NCBI GenBank assembly: GCA_964529285.1
Contig: CAZGWK010000014.1
Coordinates: forward strand, 3,279 to 67,278
DNA from: an uncultured Actinomycetota bacterium
GTDB taxonomy: Bacteria; Actinomycetota; Geothermincolia; Geothermincolales; RBG-13-55-18
DNA: 64,000 nucleotides
Direction of reading: 5' to 3'
In this document: in pieces, positions 1 through 9,095 of the stretch
Layout of the letters: every line of letters begins with the position of its first letter
Position numbering within the stretch: position 1 is the stretch's first letter
Translations under genes and position numbers: made by a program
Notes under the pieces: generated by a model
What the model saw: only the letters and a program-made list of their open reading frames with translations
Databases searched by the model: none
What the model was told of the DNA's origin: nothing

Positions 1-1446
1 GCACTCACGGAGGACTACGGCGTGGAAAAGGGCGACAGGGTGGCCATGATCCTCCTGAACAACCCGGAGTTCTGCATCAGTTACCTCGCCATCGCTGCGG
101 TAGGCGCGGTGTCGGTGGTCATCAACGCCAGGCTGGAGACGGAGGAGGTCGGGTTCCAACTGCGGGATTCCGGCGCAAAGTTGCTGTTAGTAGAGGCGGA
201 GCTGTATGAGAGGATCAAGCCCCTGCGCGAGCGGCTGTACGGGCTCGAAGCGATAATAGTGACCGGAAACGAGGGCACAGGCGGTAACGATCCCTATACC
301 AGCCTGCTTGCCCGGAAGGCCCCCGCGCACATAGAGATAGAGGTGAACGAGAAGGACATCTGCAGCATATGTTATACCAGCGGGACGACGGGCAGGCCCA
401 AAGGAAGCATAATCACCCACCGCAACGTGGTCTCCAATGCCATGGCCCAGCTTTCCTGCATGCCCTACCTCATACCCGAAAAATACACCATGGAAGATAT
501 CTACAAGATCAAGCAGATGATATCCGTGCCCCTGTTCCACGTCACCGCGCTGCATACATTGTTCAACCTGTGCCTGCTGGGCGCGGGAGCGGTGGTGCTG
601 CCCATATTCCAGGCGGACCGGGTCATAGAGTCCATGATAGAGGAGGAGGTCAACTTCTTCGTGGGGGTCACCGCCATGTTCTGGCTGCTGCGCATGCAGC
701 CGAATTACCACAAGCTCGTGGACGCGGGACATATCGAGGTCATGTTCCAGGGAGGATCGCCCATGCCGCCCGAGCTGGGGGAGCTCATGCTGAAGGATTT
801 CCCCGCTGCGAAGATAGGAAACGGTTTTGGCATGACCGAGACCACTTCCATCGGCGCGGGGTCGCTGCTCCCCCCCGAGCAGGTCATCAAGAGGGGTTCC
901 TCCATCGGTTGGCCTACACCACCCACGCTGTTCAAGGTGGTGGACGAACGGCTGCAGGAGGTCCCGTTGGGCCAGCCGGGGGAACTGCTGATAAGCGGCT
1001 CGGGCACTTGCCGCGGATACTGGAACCTTGAGGACAAGACCAGGGAGAGCTTCATCATCGACGAGGAGGGGCGCAGGTGGCACCGTTCCGGGGACGTGGT
1101 GATAAAGGACGAGGAAGGCTTCTACACCATAGTGGACCGCAAGAAGGACATGATCCTCAGGGGCGGTGAGAACGTTTACTCGGTAGAGGTGGAAAACCTG
1201 ATAACCATGAACCCGAAGGTGCTGCAGGTAGGGGTGATAGGGGTACCGGACCAGGTCCTCGGAGAGAAGATCAAGGCCGTGGTCTTCCCCATGCCGGGGC
1301 ACAGCATCACCGCCGCTGAGGTCCTCGAGTTCTGCAGGGGCAAGATAGCGGACTACAAGGTTCCCGATTTCGTGGTCATCTCTGATGCGCCGCTGCCCAT
1401 GAACGCGGGCGGCAAGATAATAAAGAGCAGGCTCCACGAATTATAG
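1..1446 (+). CDS. AMP-dependent acyl-CoA synthetase/ligase, 5' end cut by the window edge
   Basis: Frame 1 is open from nt 1. The product has the adenylate-forming signature YTSGTTGRPKG and a C-terminal GGKIIKS lysine motif. Stop codon at 1444-1446. Confidence 0.9.
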   Translation, partial: ALTEDYGVEKGDRVAMILLNNPEFCISYLAIAAVGAVSVVINARLETEEVGFQLRDSGAKLLLVEAELYERIKPLRERLYGLEAIIVTGNEGTGGNDPYTSLLARKAPAHIEIEVNEKDICSICYTSGTTGRPKGSIITHRNVVSNAMAQLSCMPYLIPEKYTMEDIYKIKQMISVPLFHVTALHTLFNLCLLGAGAVVLPIFQADRVIESMIEEEVNFFVGVTAMFWLLRMQPNYHKLVDAGHIEVMFQGGSPMPPELGELMLKDFPAAKIGNGFGMTETTSIGAGSLLPPEQVIKRGSSIGWPTPPTLFKVVDERLQEVPLGQPGELLISGSGTCRGYWNLEDKTRESFIIDEEGRRWHRSGDVVIKDEEGFYTIVDRKKDMILRGGENVYSVEVENLITMNPKVLQVGVIGVPDQVLGEKIKAVVFPMPGHSITAAEVLEFCRGKIADYKVPDFVVISDAPLPMNAGGKIIKSRLHEL

Positions 1447-1539
1447 CTTACGCTTCGATGGTCTGAATCGCGTAAGCTAGCCTTTTCGCGAAGCGAAAAG
1501 GCGTATTGCGAGGAGGCGAAGCCGACGCGGCAAGCTCGC

Positions 1540-1632
1540 TTGAGTATCGCGTTGCGAGAGAAAAACCCCGAATAAGACGGTGTCCCAGCGCCTCCACATT
1601 TCCGAACGTGGAGGCCTGGCACGTGTACGATA
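1540..1632 (-). repeat. Structured intergenic repeat, copy A (reverse orientation, diverged)
   Basis: The reverse complement reads CGTACACGTGCCAGGCC-[CTCCAC..GTGGAG hairpin]-GGCGCTGGGACACCGTC...TCTCTCGCAACGCGATAC. The flanks match copies at 4414-4562 and 42798-42930, but the central stem is different and self-complementary. Confidence 0.5.
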
Positions 1633-1687
1633 CGGTAGAGAGACAACCGTGTGCCATGGCCACAGGGCCTTGGAATGATAATAGGCG

Positions 1688-1710
1688 GGGGCCGGCACGA
1701 TGCCGGCCCC
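1688..1710 (-). terminator. GC-rich hairpin, probable terminator of the SCP2 gene
   Basis: Perfect 10-bp stem GGGGCCGGCA / TGCCGGCCCC with a 3-nt loop, 12 nt past the 3' end of the minus-strand CDS. An A/T-rich stretch follows on the minus strand. It lies between convergent genes. Confidence 0.5.
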
Positions 1711-1721
1711 GTCGTATGCTT

Positions 1722-2261
1722 CTACATGAAGATGTTGCTGAGCGAGAGGCCGAAGGCCATATCCCCCTCCATTTTTATCTTCCCCTGCATGAAGGCCGTG
1801 GGGCCGTTCAGCTCTCCCGTGGCGATCTTGGCGAGGTCCGCGGAGGAGCCCATGATCTTCAGGCTGGGCTGAGAGGCTCCATTGAATACCGTGGATACGG
1901 GCATGGTCCAATCGCCGGGCATGTCGACTTCGAAATCCACGGTACCCTTGGCCTGGCTCGCGGCATCGTATTGCTTGCGCCCCGTGAAGGAAGAGGCCAG
2001 GTCCACCAGGGGCTTGATGAAATCCTCGGACAGGACCACCTCAAGCGTGGGGCCTTCTATCGCTCCCTCCGTCACAGATATCTCCCGCGCGTCCTTGATG
2101 GTTATCCCGAACACGAGAGATTTCTCTCCCTTGATGGTCACCTGAAGCTTGAATGCGGTGCCCTCCATGTCCGCTACGGGTTTTTCGGCCAGACGTTTCG
2201 CCACCAGCTCCGGGATATAGGATTGCACGTATTCCTGGATCCCGATCGAATTCTCCGCCAT
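1722..2261 (-). CDS. SCP2 (sterol-carrier-protein-2 like) lipid-binding domain protein
   Basis: The ORF ends in the SCP2-type motif ...ATGELNGPTAFMQGKIKMEGDMAFGLSL. Start chosen at MAENS because GGGGGAAGG lies just upstream; the track ORF extends to 2285. Confidence 0.75.
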   Translation of the reverse strand: MAENSIGIQEYVQSYIPELVAKRLAEKPVADMEGTAFKLQVTIKGEKSLVFGITIKDAREISVTEGAIEGPTLEVVLSEDFIKPLVDLASSFTGRKQYDAASQAKGTVDFEVDMPGDWTMPVSTVFNGASQPSLKIMGSSADLAKIATGELNGPTAFMQGKIKMEGDMAFGLSLSNIFM

Positions 2262-2342
2262 CGTCCTTCCCCCTTTCCTTTCCACTGTCTTTAACCGCCG
2301 TAAAAGCCCGCCTCCGCCGCCAGCGTTTACGGAGAGCGGGCC

Positions 2343-2780
2343 TCAATCACTTTCCGGCGATCCCGGATACCAGGGATCGCGCAGCTTGTCCACATTTTCG
2401 TCACTGGATACACAGAAAGCCTGTCTCTTTCCCTCCAGGCGCAGCAGCGCCCGGTGGGCGTCCGCTTTCTTCATGGCCAGGGCCTTGCAGATCTCGCCGG
2501 CGGGTGCCCCGGGGCATTCCTCGAGGTAGGTGAGGATCCTGCCGGCGTCCGCTTTGATCTTCGCCATTGTTTCCAGCCCCTTTTCGGAGAGGCCCAGGCG
2601 CTCCAGGGACAGCGATTCCTTTCTCCTGTCCAGGAAGGCCTCGATGTCCTCCTGGGTGACCACGTACCTCTTGCCTACACGCGCCGCTCGCAGTTCCCCC
2701 TTGCGGATGTAGTGGCGGACGGTCTGGATGTTCACGCCCAGTATCTTAGCTACGTGATGGGTGTTCATGTAATTGCGCAA
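2343..2780 (-). CDS. Excisionase/MerR-superfamily helix-turn-helix DNA-binding protein with a C-terminal winged-helix-like extension
   Basis: N-terminal VAKILGVNIQTVRHYIRKGELRAARVGKRYVVTQEDIEAFL is the typical excisionase-family HTH. TTG start with GGGAGA 7 nt upstream. Confidence 0.7.
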   Translation of the reverse strand: MRNYMNTHHVAKILGVNIQTVRHYIRKGELRAARVGKRYVVTQEDIEAFLDRRKESLSLERLGLSEKGLETMAKIKADAGRILTYLEECPGAPAGEICKALAMKKADAHRALLRLEGKRQAFCVSSDENVDKLRDPWYPGSPESD

Positions 2781-2806
2781 TGCGTTGTCTCCCGTATATT
2801 AAGGTT

Positions 2807-2833
2807 GTTACATGTTGTTTCACGTTATGTAAC
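2807..2833. promoter_or_regulatory. Inverted repeat GTTACAT-N13-ATGTAAC upstream of the HTH gene (candidate operator)
   Basis: Perfect 7-bp arms in an AT-rich stretch about 30-50 nt upstream of the 2780 start codon. Confidence 0.3.
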
Positions 2834-2923
2834 ATATATGTGGCGTTGTGTCAAGTTAGCGAGAAAAAACGCTACATGCCCGGCGGAGGTGAAAACCGAC
2901 TTGACGCGAGCGGCGGTGGAGGA

Positions 2924-4366
2924 TCAGCCGTTGAGCAGCGAAAGGGCGCGCATGGCCCGCGGCATGGAGGGGTATACGATAACGCCTCCCTCCAGGAGGC
3001 GTGTCTGCAGGCGCCGCATGACCTCCTCGAAGACGATATCCTCGCTGCCGAGGGCCCTGGAGTAGAGCACTACGACCACGGGTTTGCCCGATTCCTTGCG
3101 GGTGCGCACGAGGATATCCATGGCCGCGTTCAGACCCTCCTCGCCGCCCAGGCCGTAGGCGAAGTTGAGGGCGATATCGAATACGAGGATGTCCGCGGCC
3201 GGGTTGGCGGCCGCCTCACGCATGGCCGCTTCGAATACGGGCAGATGGATAAGCGGCGCCCCTATGTCCAGGGGGTTGCCCACCGCCGCGCCCGGCGCGT
3301 TCAGGATCTCGCGCAGCCGAAACAAGCTCTCATCCGCGAGCGGCGGCACCTCGAGCCCGGAATCCTCCGCGAGGTCCGCGGCATAGGTCCCCAGGCCACC
3401 CCCACCCCCGCTGAGCATCAGCCTTCGCCCCGGCCTGCGTCCCAGGTGCCGCAGGGCCAGGAGCACGTCACAAAGCTCGTCCACACCCGAGACCTCGATA
3501 ACGCCGCTCTGGCGCAGCATGCCCTCCCATATCTCCGCCGAGCCCGCCAGGGACCCGGTATGGGAGACCACGGCCCTGGCCGAGGAAGCGCTCTTCCCCA
3601 CCTTCCATAACACCACGCTCTTGCGCGAGCTTGCCTCCTTCAAGGCCTGCATGAGGAGCCGCCCGTCGGATGTGCCCTCCAGGTAGCCGGCGATGACCGC
3701 GGTCTGAGGGTCCTGGGTGAAGTAACGGATGAGCTCGAGCTCGCCTAAATCGGCGCCGTTGCCGTAACTGACGATGGCGCTGAAATCGATGCCCAGGCTC
3801 TTGCACTGCCTTCCCACGTGTACCGAGAAGCCGCCGCTCTGGGAGATAAAGGCCACGTTTCCGGGGTTGTAAGAAAAGTCGTGGCCGGGAAGGAGGGTGA
3901 GGCGGTTGCGCGGGTTGTAGATCCCGAAGCAGTTGGGTCCGACGATGCGAAAACCTCCCTCGCGGGCCAGGCGCAGCGCTTCCCGTTCCAGTTCCTCCCC
4001 ACCTTCTCCTATCTCCCGGAAACCGGCGGCCATGATGATCACGCCTCTCACCCCGAGGCCGGCACAGTCCCTGAGGATGTCCATGGAGCGGTGTGCGGGG
4101 ATGGTGGTGACGACAAGCTCCGGCACTTGCGGAAGCGATCTCAGATCGGGATAGACCTCCCTGCCCATGATCTCCGTCTCGCCGGGGTTCACCAGGTATA
4201 CCGGACCGGAGAACCCGTAGGTGAGCTGGGAAGCGGTGAAGAGAGAGCCGAATTTGACAGGCTTGGCGGATGCTCCGACGATGGCCATGGAGCGGGCGTT
4301 GACTATAGCGTCGATTTCCGCGAAGGCGAATTGCAATACAACCACGTTCCTTATGATCTGCGACAT
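2924..4366 (-). CDS. CoA-binding / succinyl-CoA-synthetase-like protein (alpha-type subunit of NDP-forming acyl-CoA synthetase family)
   Basis: N-terminal SMAIVGASAKPVKFG CoA-binding Rossmann motif and a phosphohistidine-loop-like VVSHTGSLAGS. 480 aa. No ATP-grasp partner gene is adjacent. Confidence 0.75.
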   Translation of the reverse strand: MSQIIRNVVVLQFAFAEIDAIVNARSMAIVGASAKPVKFGSLFTASQLTYGFSGPVYLVNPGETEIMGREVYPDLRSLPQVPELVVTTIPAHRSMDILRDCAGLGVRGVIIMAAGFREIGEGGEELEREALRLAREGGFRIVGPNCFGIYNPRNRLTLLPGHDFSYNPGNVAFISQSGGFSVHVGRQCKSLGIDFSAIVSYGNGADLGELELIRYFTQDPQTAVIAGYLEGTSDGRLLMQALKEASSRKSVVLWKVGKSASSARAVVSHTGSLAGSAEIWEGMLRQSGVIEVSGVDELCDVLLALRHLGRRPGRRLMLSGGGGGLGTYAADLAEDSGLEVPPLADESLFRLREILNAPGAAVGNPLDIGAPLIHLPVFEAAMREAAANPAADILVFDIALNFAYGLGGEEGLNAAMDILVRTRKESGKPVVVVLYSRALGSEDIVFEEVMRRLQTRLLEGGVIVYPSMPRAMRALSLLNG

Positions 4367-4413
4367 TATATCACGAGGATCTACTGATTATAGGAATGGC
4401 TTTTTTCCTGATA

Positions 4414-4562
4414 GCGTACACGTGCCAGGCCCGGACAAAACATTCTGCATATTGTGTAAGCCCAGCGAACTCAATTGTTTTGTCCAGGCGCTGGACACCG
4501 TCGCGTCTAAGAAGACGCTGTCGCTTACGCGATACAATCCAACGTACGTAGCTGCAGACTCC
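4414..4562 (+). repeat. Structured intergenic repeat, copy B
   Basis: GTACACGTGCCAGGCCCGGACAAAAC...GTTTTGTCCAGGCGCTGGACACC, then hairpin GCGTCT-AAGA-AGACGC, then TCGCTTACGCGATACA ... CTGCAGAC. Collinear with copy C at 42798-42930. Confidence 0.6.
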
Positions 4563-4594
4563 GGATCTACGAGGCGCAGTGCTATACTTGCGAT

Positions 4595-5515
4595 ATGAGT
4601 GGCAACGTGCTGGAGCTGGCGGAGCTGTCGAGTCCCGAGATAGATTCCCTCGATCGGGAGAGGACTCTCTTCGCCATGGCCTTGAGCCCCCTGGAGGTAC
4701 ACGGGCCCCATCTCCCCCTGGGCACCGACGTCTGGCTTGCGGAGGAGGTGCGGGACCGCGCTCTCGCCAAGGTGCGCGAGCGCCACCCGCAGCTGGACTT
4801 CGTCATCTTCCCCTCTTTCTACATGGGGAACGATACCATCCCGGGATCGGTAGAGGTCGACAGCCGGGCCGTCAACCTGGTCCTGCGCGCCAATGCCGCC
4901 TTCCTCGCGGACCGCGGATTCCGCTACCTTCTGGTTACGGACAACCACGGCGGCCCGCGCCACCAGGTAGCCACGGCCAAGGCGGTAAAGCGGTTATACG
5001 ATAAGCGCGGTTTCCACATCGTCGCGCCGTTCCTCTCCTTTTTCCGCCGCATGGTGGAGCTGGATCCCGTTCTCCTTTCGCGCCTGGGAGTGGGCGCGGG
5101 AGCCTGCGGCGACGATCAGGACAGCCATGCGGGGCTGAACGAGACCTCTCTCATGCTCAATGCCATGCCGGATAAAGTGCGTCTCATGTGGAAGGACCTC
5201 ACGCGCGTCAGCATCAATCCGCGTCGCCCGCCCAATCTCGTGCTGGGAACGATCGGCAGGGCCTTGCGCGCCCTGGGACTTGAGGAACTGGGAAAAGATC
5301 TGGGCCACGCGGGGCTGATGCTCTCGTGGGTTACGGAAAAAAACCCCTCGACGTACATCGGTGAACCGAGCGGCGCATCGCCGGAGGCGGGGGAGCGCAT
5401 GCTCGGCGCTTTCGCGGACGAGGCGGCGGACGGGGTCGACGCCGCGCTGGAGGGACGGCCGCCCTACCATACTCCGTTGGGCTGGTCGCTGCGCGTCATC
5501 GAACCCAGCCGCTAG
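4595..5515 (+). CDS. Creatininase-family amidohydrolase
   Basis: Family motifs LEVHGPHLPLGTD, DNHGG and SHAGLNETSLML. Confidence 0.8.
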   Translation: MSGNVLELAELSSPEIDSLDRERTLFAMALSPLEVHGPHLPLGTDVWLAEEVRDRALAKVRERHPQLDFVIFPSFYMGNDTIPGSVEVDSRAVNLVLRANAAFLADRGFRYLLVTDNHGGPRHQVATAKAVKRLYDKRGFHIVAPFLSFFRRMVELDPVLLSRLGVGAGACGDDQDSHAGLNETSLMLNAMPDKVRLMWKDLTRVSINPRRPPNLVLGTIGRALRALGLEELGKDLGHAGLMLSWVTEKNPSTYIGEPSGASPEAGERMLGAFADEAADGVDAALEGRPPYHTPLGWSLRVIEPSR

Positions 5516-5666
5516 AGACCAGAAAGAGCCCGCAGCCGTCCCGATACTTCGCTAAGCTTCCCACTATCCATGCAGAGGCGGTAAGTGCGGGAACAGGCTC
5601 GAGGCTGCCCCGGGGGCATGCGTTAGAATATAATCGAAAAGAAACGTATAACAAGGAGGCACAAGG

Positions 5667-6629
5667 ATGAGGTGGGAGAGCGGCAGGACGCGCAGCATCG
5701 CAAACGGTATACCCTGGGTGGACCCGCACGTGCATATCATGCCGCCCCGCCGCATGGCCGGCCTGGTGCGCTGGGTCAGGAAGTTCACGCCGGGGTTCCC
5801 CTTGAGCGAGGACATAACTGCCGAGGACATCCTGACCAGCATAAGGGAGTCCGAGATACCCTACTTCTTCAACCTCGTTTTCCCGCTCTGGGAGGAGGAG
5901 ACCGCGGACCTCAACCGCTTCAACCGCGATATCTGCGCCGGCATACCAGAGGCCATACCTTTCGGTTCCGTACACATAGAGACGCCGGACAAGGGAGAGG
6001 AAACGCGCCGCTGTATCGAGGACTACGGGTTCATGGGCATGAAACTGCATCCCTTCGCGCAGCGCTTCCCGGCCTTCGGGCCGGAGATGCGCCCCATGTT
6101 CGAGGTACTGAACGAGCACCGGCGGCCTTTCCTGGTACACACGGGATTCGACGTCTTCTACGGTATGTACATGGACCTGGACGAGATGGAGTCGGTCGTA
6201 CGCGATTTCCCCGGCATGCAGATGGTGGCGGTACACTCCCTTTTTCCCCGTTTCCAGCTTGCCCACCGCCTGCTCTCCGAGTATCCCAATTTCTGGCTGG
6301 ACATGACCAACAGCATCTCCTGCATGCGCTTCTTCGAGGACATCAAGGACAACAAAGATGACGTACCACCCATGGCGACGAGCCTGGAGATGGACGACGT
6401 GCGCGACAATTACGATTGGTTCTTCCGCCTTTTCGAGGATTACCCCGGGCGTATAATGTACGGTTCGGATTTTCCGGTAGGTTTCGGATATCACCCAGCC
6501 CTCCTCGAAGACCTGCGATTCTTCGCATTCGGCCGCGAGGTGGAGGAGCAACTGCTCTTCGGGACGGTGCACAGCCTGCTGAGCCGCTGCGGCCGCCCCG
6601 ATATACTGGCTTCGCTGTCTCAGGCATAG
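5667..6629 (+). CDS. Amidohydrolase_2 / TIM-barrel metal-dependent hydrolase
   Basis: N-terminal VDPHVHIMP (HxH metal motif), later VHTG, VAVH and GSDFP. AAGGAGG RBS 7 nt upstream. Confidence 0.8.
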   Translation: MRWESGRTRSIANGIPWVDPHVHIMPPRRMAGLVRWVRKFTPGFPLSEDITAEDILTSIRESEIPYFFNLVFPLWEEETADLNRFNRDICAGIPEAIPFGSVHIETPDKGEETRRCIEDYGFMGMKLHPFAQRFPAFGPEMRPMFEVLNEHRRPFLVHTGFDVFYGMYMDLDEMESVVRDFPGMQMVAVHSLFPRFQLAHRLLSEYPNFWLDMTNSISCMRFFEDIKDNKDDVPPMATSLEMDDVRDNYDWFFRLFEDYPGRIMYGSDFPVGFGYHPALLEDLRFFAFGREVEEQLLFGTVHSLLSRCGRPDILASLSQA

Positions 6630-6693
6630 GGGGCCTGGCATCTTGCCCGGGCCTTATTGACGGAGCCCCGCGGGCCGGCGGATAATTACACTT

Positions 6694-7083
6694 GAGAGAG
6701 TCAGCCGGGTGGTCGCGGGTACTGCCACGGCAGTGTTCGAGGAAAGTCCGGACTCCGAAGGGCAGGGAGCTGGGTAACGCCCAGGCGGGGAGACCCGACG
6801 GAAAGTGCCACAGAAAGGAAACCGCCCTCCGGCGCTTTAGCGCATGCGACGCCGGCGGGTAAGGGTGAAAGGGTGGAGTAAGAGCCCACCAGCGGCCCTG
6901 GTGACAGGGCCGGCTAGGTAAACCCCTCCCGGAGCAAGGCCAAATAGGAGCCGATGCTGTGGCCCGCAGCGCTCGAGGCTCGGGTGGGCCGCTAGAGGCC
7001 GCCGGTAACGGCGGTCCCAGATGGATGACCACCGCCCGGTACCAACCGGGTACAGGATCCGGCTTACAGGCTGGCTCTCTCTC
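6694..7083 (+). ncRNA. rnpB: RNase P RNA, bacterial type A
   Basis: Conserved blocks GAGGAAAGTCCGGAC (P4), CACAGAAAGGAAACCGCC, GGTAAGGGTGAAAGGGTGGAGTAAGAGCCCACC, CAGATGGATGACCACC and ACAGGATCCGGCTTA. The terminal P1 helix pairs GAGAGAGTCAGCC with GGCTGGCTCTCTC. Confidence 0.92.
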
Positions 7084-7337
7084 CCTTTGCCCGCCTGCAT
7101 ATTTCTGGGATGTCTTCTATGTTATTCTAGCCTTTGAGGAAGCAGATCAGGCAATTCGGCTTGAGGTATGTGGCATGTCGCTTCGTGTGTGGAGGGGATG
7201 AAGAGGAGTACACCTGGGAGATACCCGAACCCGGCCTGGTCAAGGTGAAAATCGCGTAGGCGCGGCTTCGGCGCAGATGGTAGACTGTCTGTGACCGCTT
7301 CCCTGCAACCCGCTTAGGTCACGCAACGGGAGGAGAT

Positions 7338-8648
7338 GTGAGCTCAACCCTGACGGGGGACGACTGGAAAAGGCTGGTAGAAGAGTCCAGGCATGTCTTC
7401 GCCGTCAACGAAGTGGACGAGGGAGACATCTATTATCATATGCCCTCCCGCCATCATTACCCTTCCCTTTTCGCATGGGACAGCGGCTTTCATGCTGCGG
7501 CCATGTCCCACATCGACCCCGCAAAGGCGGCGCGTGAGCTCGAGACGCTGTTCCGACAGGTGAGGGCTGACGGTCACCTCCCCCACGAGGTCCTCCTGCC
7601 CCATCGTGCCTCACACCCATGCGTGAGGAAGATGCAGACATGGCTGGTGCGCTGGGAGTTCGACCGCAGCGGAGCATCTTACATGGTAGACCCTCCCAGC
7701 TACCATTTCGCTGCCGAAATCGTCTTCCGCCGCACGCGGGACAAGGCCTGGCTGCAGCGGTTGTGGCCCGAGATGTGCCGCAGCCTCGATTACCTCGTGG
7801 AAGCGAGGGCGGGATACGGAGACGGCCTGGTCACTATCTTCCACCCCTGGGAATCCGGGACCGATATGTCTCCCCAGTTCTTCAGCGCCATGGGTCTTGA
7901 CGGAAAGAGGTGGCTCAACGTACTGCGTTCCCGCCTCTACCCCACCCTTCTCTTTGCCTTCAACCGCATCAAAGGCTGGGATGTGGCAGGGTTGGCGGCC
8001 GCGGACCGCTTCGTGTGCAGGGAGCTCACCATGAACTGCCTGGCTATACGCGCCTGCCGCAGCATGTCCTACCTGGCGCAGGAATCGGGCGATGCCGCGG
8101 GCGTGCAGAGATATTCCCGCCGGGCGGACGCTCTCATGTCGGCCCTGGACGAAGTCTGCTGGGACGAGAGGGAGGGGTGCTATTTCCCGCGTTTCGGCCT
8201 TCGGCGACCTCGGCTTGCCAGGCGCAGGACAGCCGATTCCCTCATGCCCCTGTTCGGCGGGTTATGCAGCCGGGAAAGGGCGCAGAGGTTGATAGAGGAG
8301 CACCTGCTCAACCCGCACGAATTCTGGGGAGAGTACCTGCTGCCCTTTAACCCCCTGGACGAGCTGGCCGGAAGCGGTGAATGGATCGACAGGCACCTGT
8401 GGTCGGGACACTGTATCTGGACCAATTTCTGCTGGATGCTTGCCATAGGGCTGGATGAATATGGATACAGGGAAGAGGCGCGGGAGGTAACCAGGCGCGT
8501 GGTTCGAATGGTCCTGCGCGAGGGGTTCTACGAGTATTACGATTCCCGCACCGGAGAAGGCCGCAGGATAGCGGACTTCTGCTGGCCTGCCCTTGCGCTG
8601 GACATGATGGCTCGTTTCTGGCCCGAAACGGTGTATGTTGCTACCTGA
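7338..8648 (+). CDS. (alpha/alpha)6-barrel glycoside hydrolase, GH63/GH37-like (MGH1-like)
   Basis: Motifs FAWDSGFHAAAM and HPWESGTDMSPQF are typical of six-hairpin glucosidase/trehalase-like enzymes. GTG start preceded by GGGAGGAG. Confidence 0.7.
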   Translation: MSSTLTGDDWKRLVEESRHVFAVNEVDEGDIYYHMPSRHHYPSLFAWDSGFHAAAMSHIDPAKAARELETLFRQVRADGHLPHEVLLPHRASHPCVRKMQTWLVRWEFDRSGASYMVDPPSYHFAAEIVFRRTRDKAWLQRLWPEMCRSLDYLVEARAGYGDGLVTIFHPWESGTDMSPQFFSAMGLDGKRWLNVLRSRLYPTLLFAFNRIKGWDVAGLAAADRFVCRELTMNCLAIRACRSMSYLAQESGDAAGVQRYSRRADALMSALDEVCWDEREGCYFPRFGLRRPRLARRRTADSLMPLFGGLCSRERAQRLIEEHLLNPHEFWGEYLLPFNPLDELAGSGEWIDRHLWSGHCIWTNFCWMLAIGLDEYGYREEAREVTRRVVRMVLREGFYEYYDSRTGEGRRIADFCWPALALDMMARFWPETVYVAT

Positions 8649-8681
8649 AAGAGGGCGTAGCCCTGCGGCCCGCCGCCTTTC

Positions 8682-9095
8682 TCAGTGTCTTACGATACGG
8701 TCCGGGAAAGCGTCGCTCATAACCCCCGTGCGCATGTAATCCAGGTAACGCTGCCTGCGGCGGGCAGCCGCAGCATAGAGCGGGATGAGGACGGCGGCGG
8801 CGATCAGGGTCAACCACGACCGGGAACCGATAGCGACCCCCAGGTTCATGATAGTCCTCGCGGTTATCCTCTGGTAGCTGCGCCGTGCTTGCGCCGTGCT
8901 GTGAGTGGCTGACCCCCGGCGATGGCGCTGCATCACGCTTAAGTTGTAGAGAAGCCCCAGTACCCAGATCATCAATCCGAGGGGTATGGATACGATGATG
9001 GTTACGGGCATGCGCCATCCGGCCGCGAGGCCGGTTATCACGCTGCCCCACAACAAGAGAAAATGTAATACTATAACCCAGTTCGCTTGCGGCAT
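8682..9095 (-). CDS. Small integral membrane protein (3 predicted TM segments), unknown function
   Basis: Hydrophobic segments WVIVLHFLLLWGSVITGLAAGW, VTIIVSIPLGLMIWVLGLLY and WLTLIAAAVLIPLYAAA. An internal Met was chosen because the upstream part of the track ORF lies in AT-rich, non-coding-looking DNA. Confidence 0.4.
   Translation of the reverse strand: MPQANWVIVLHFLLLWGSVITGLAAGWRMPVTIIVSIPLGLMIWVLGLLYNLSVMQRHRRGSATHSTAQARRSYQRITARTIMNLGVAIGSRSWLTLIAAAVLIPLYAAAARRRQRYLDYMRTGVMSDAFPDRIVRH

Noticed and set aside
187-1437. Long antisense or out-of-frame ORFs from the six-frame track. Examples are 187-1437(-), 5496-6641(-), 14573-15841(-), 20417-22483(-), 21574-22926(-), 26159-27739(+), 30748-32838(-), 33259-34671(+), 37495-38763(+), 41005-42792(+), 42789-44456(+) and 17430-18626(-).
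   Set aside because: Each overlaps a CDS with clear family motifs on the other strand or frame. Their products are Arg/Gly/Pro/His-rich with low complexity and have no recognisable motifs or RBS. This is the typical shadow-ORF artefact of GC-rich DNA.
6343-7100. Protein ORFs 6343-7032(-), 6701-6889(-) and 6837-7100(-) overlap the 6694-7083 region.
   Set aside because: The region carries every conserved block of bacterial RNase P RNA on the plus strand, so the ORFs are incidental.
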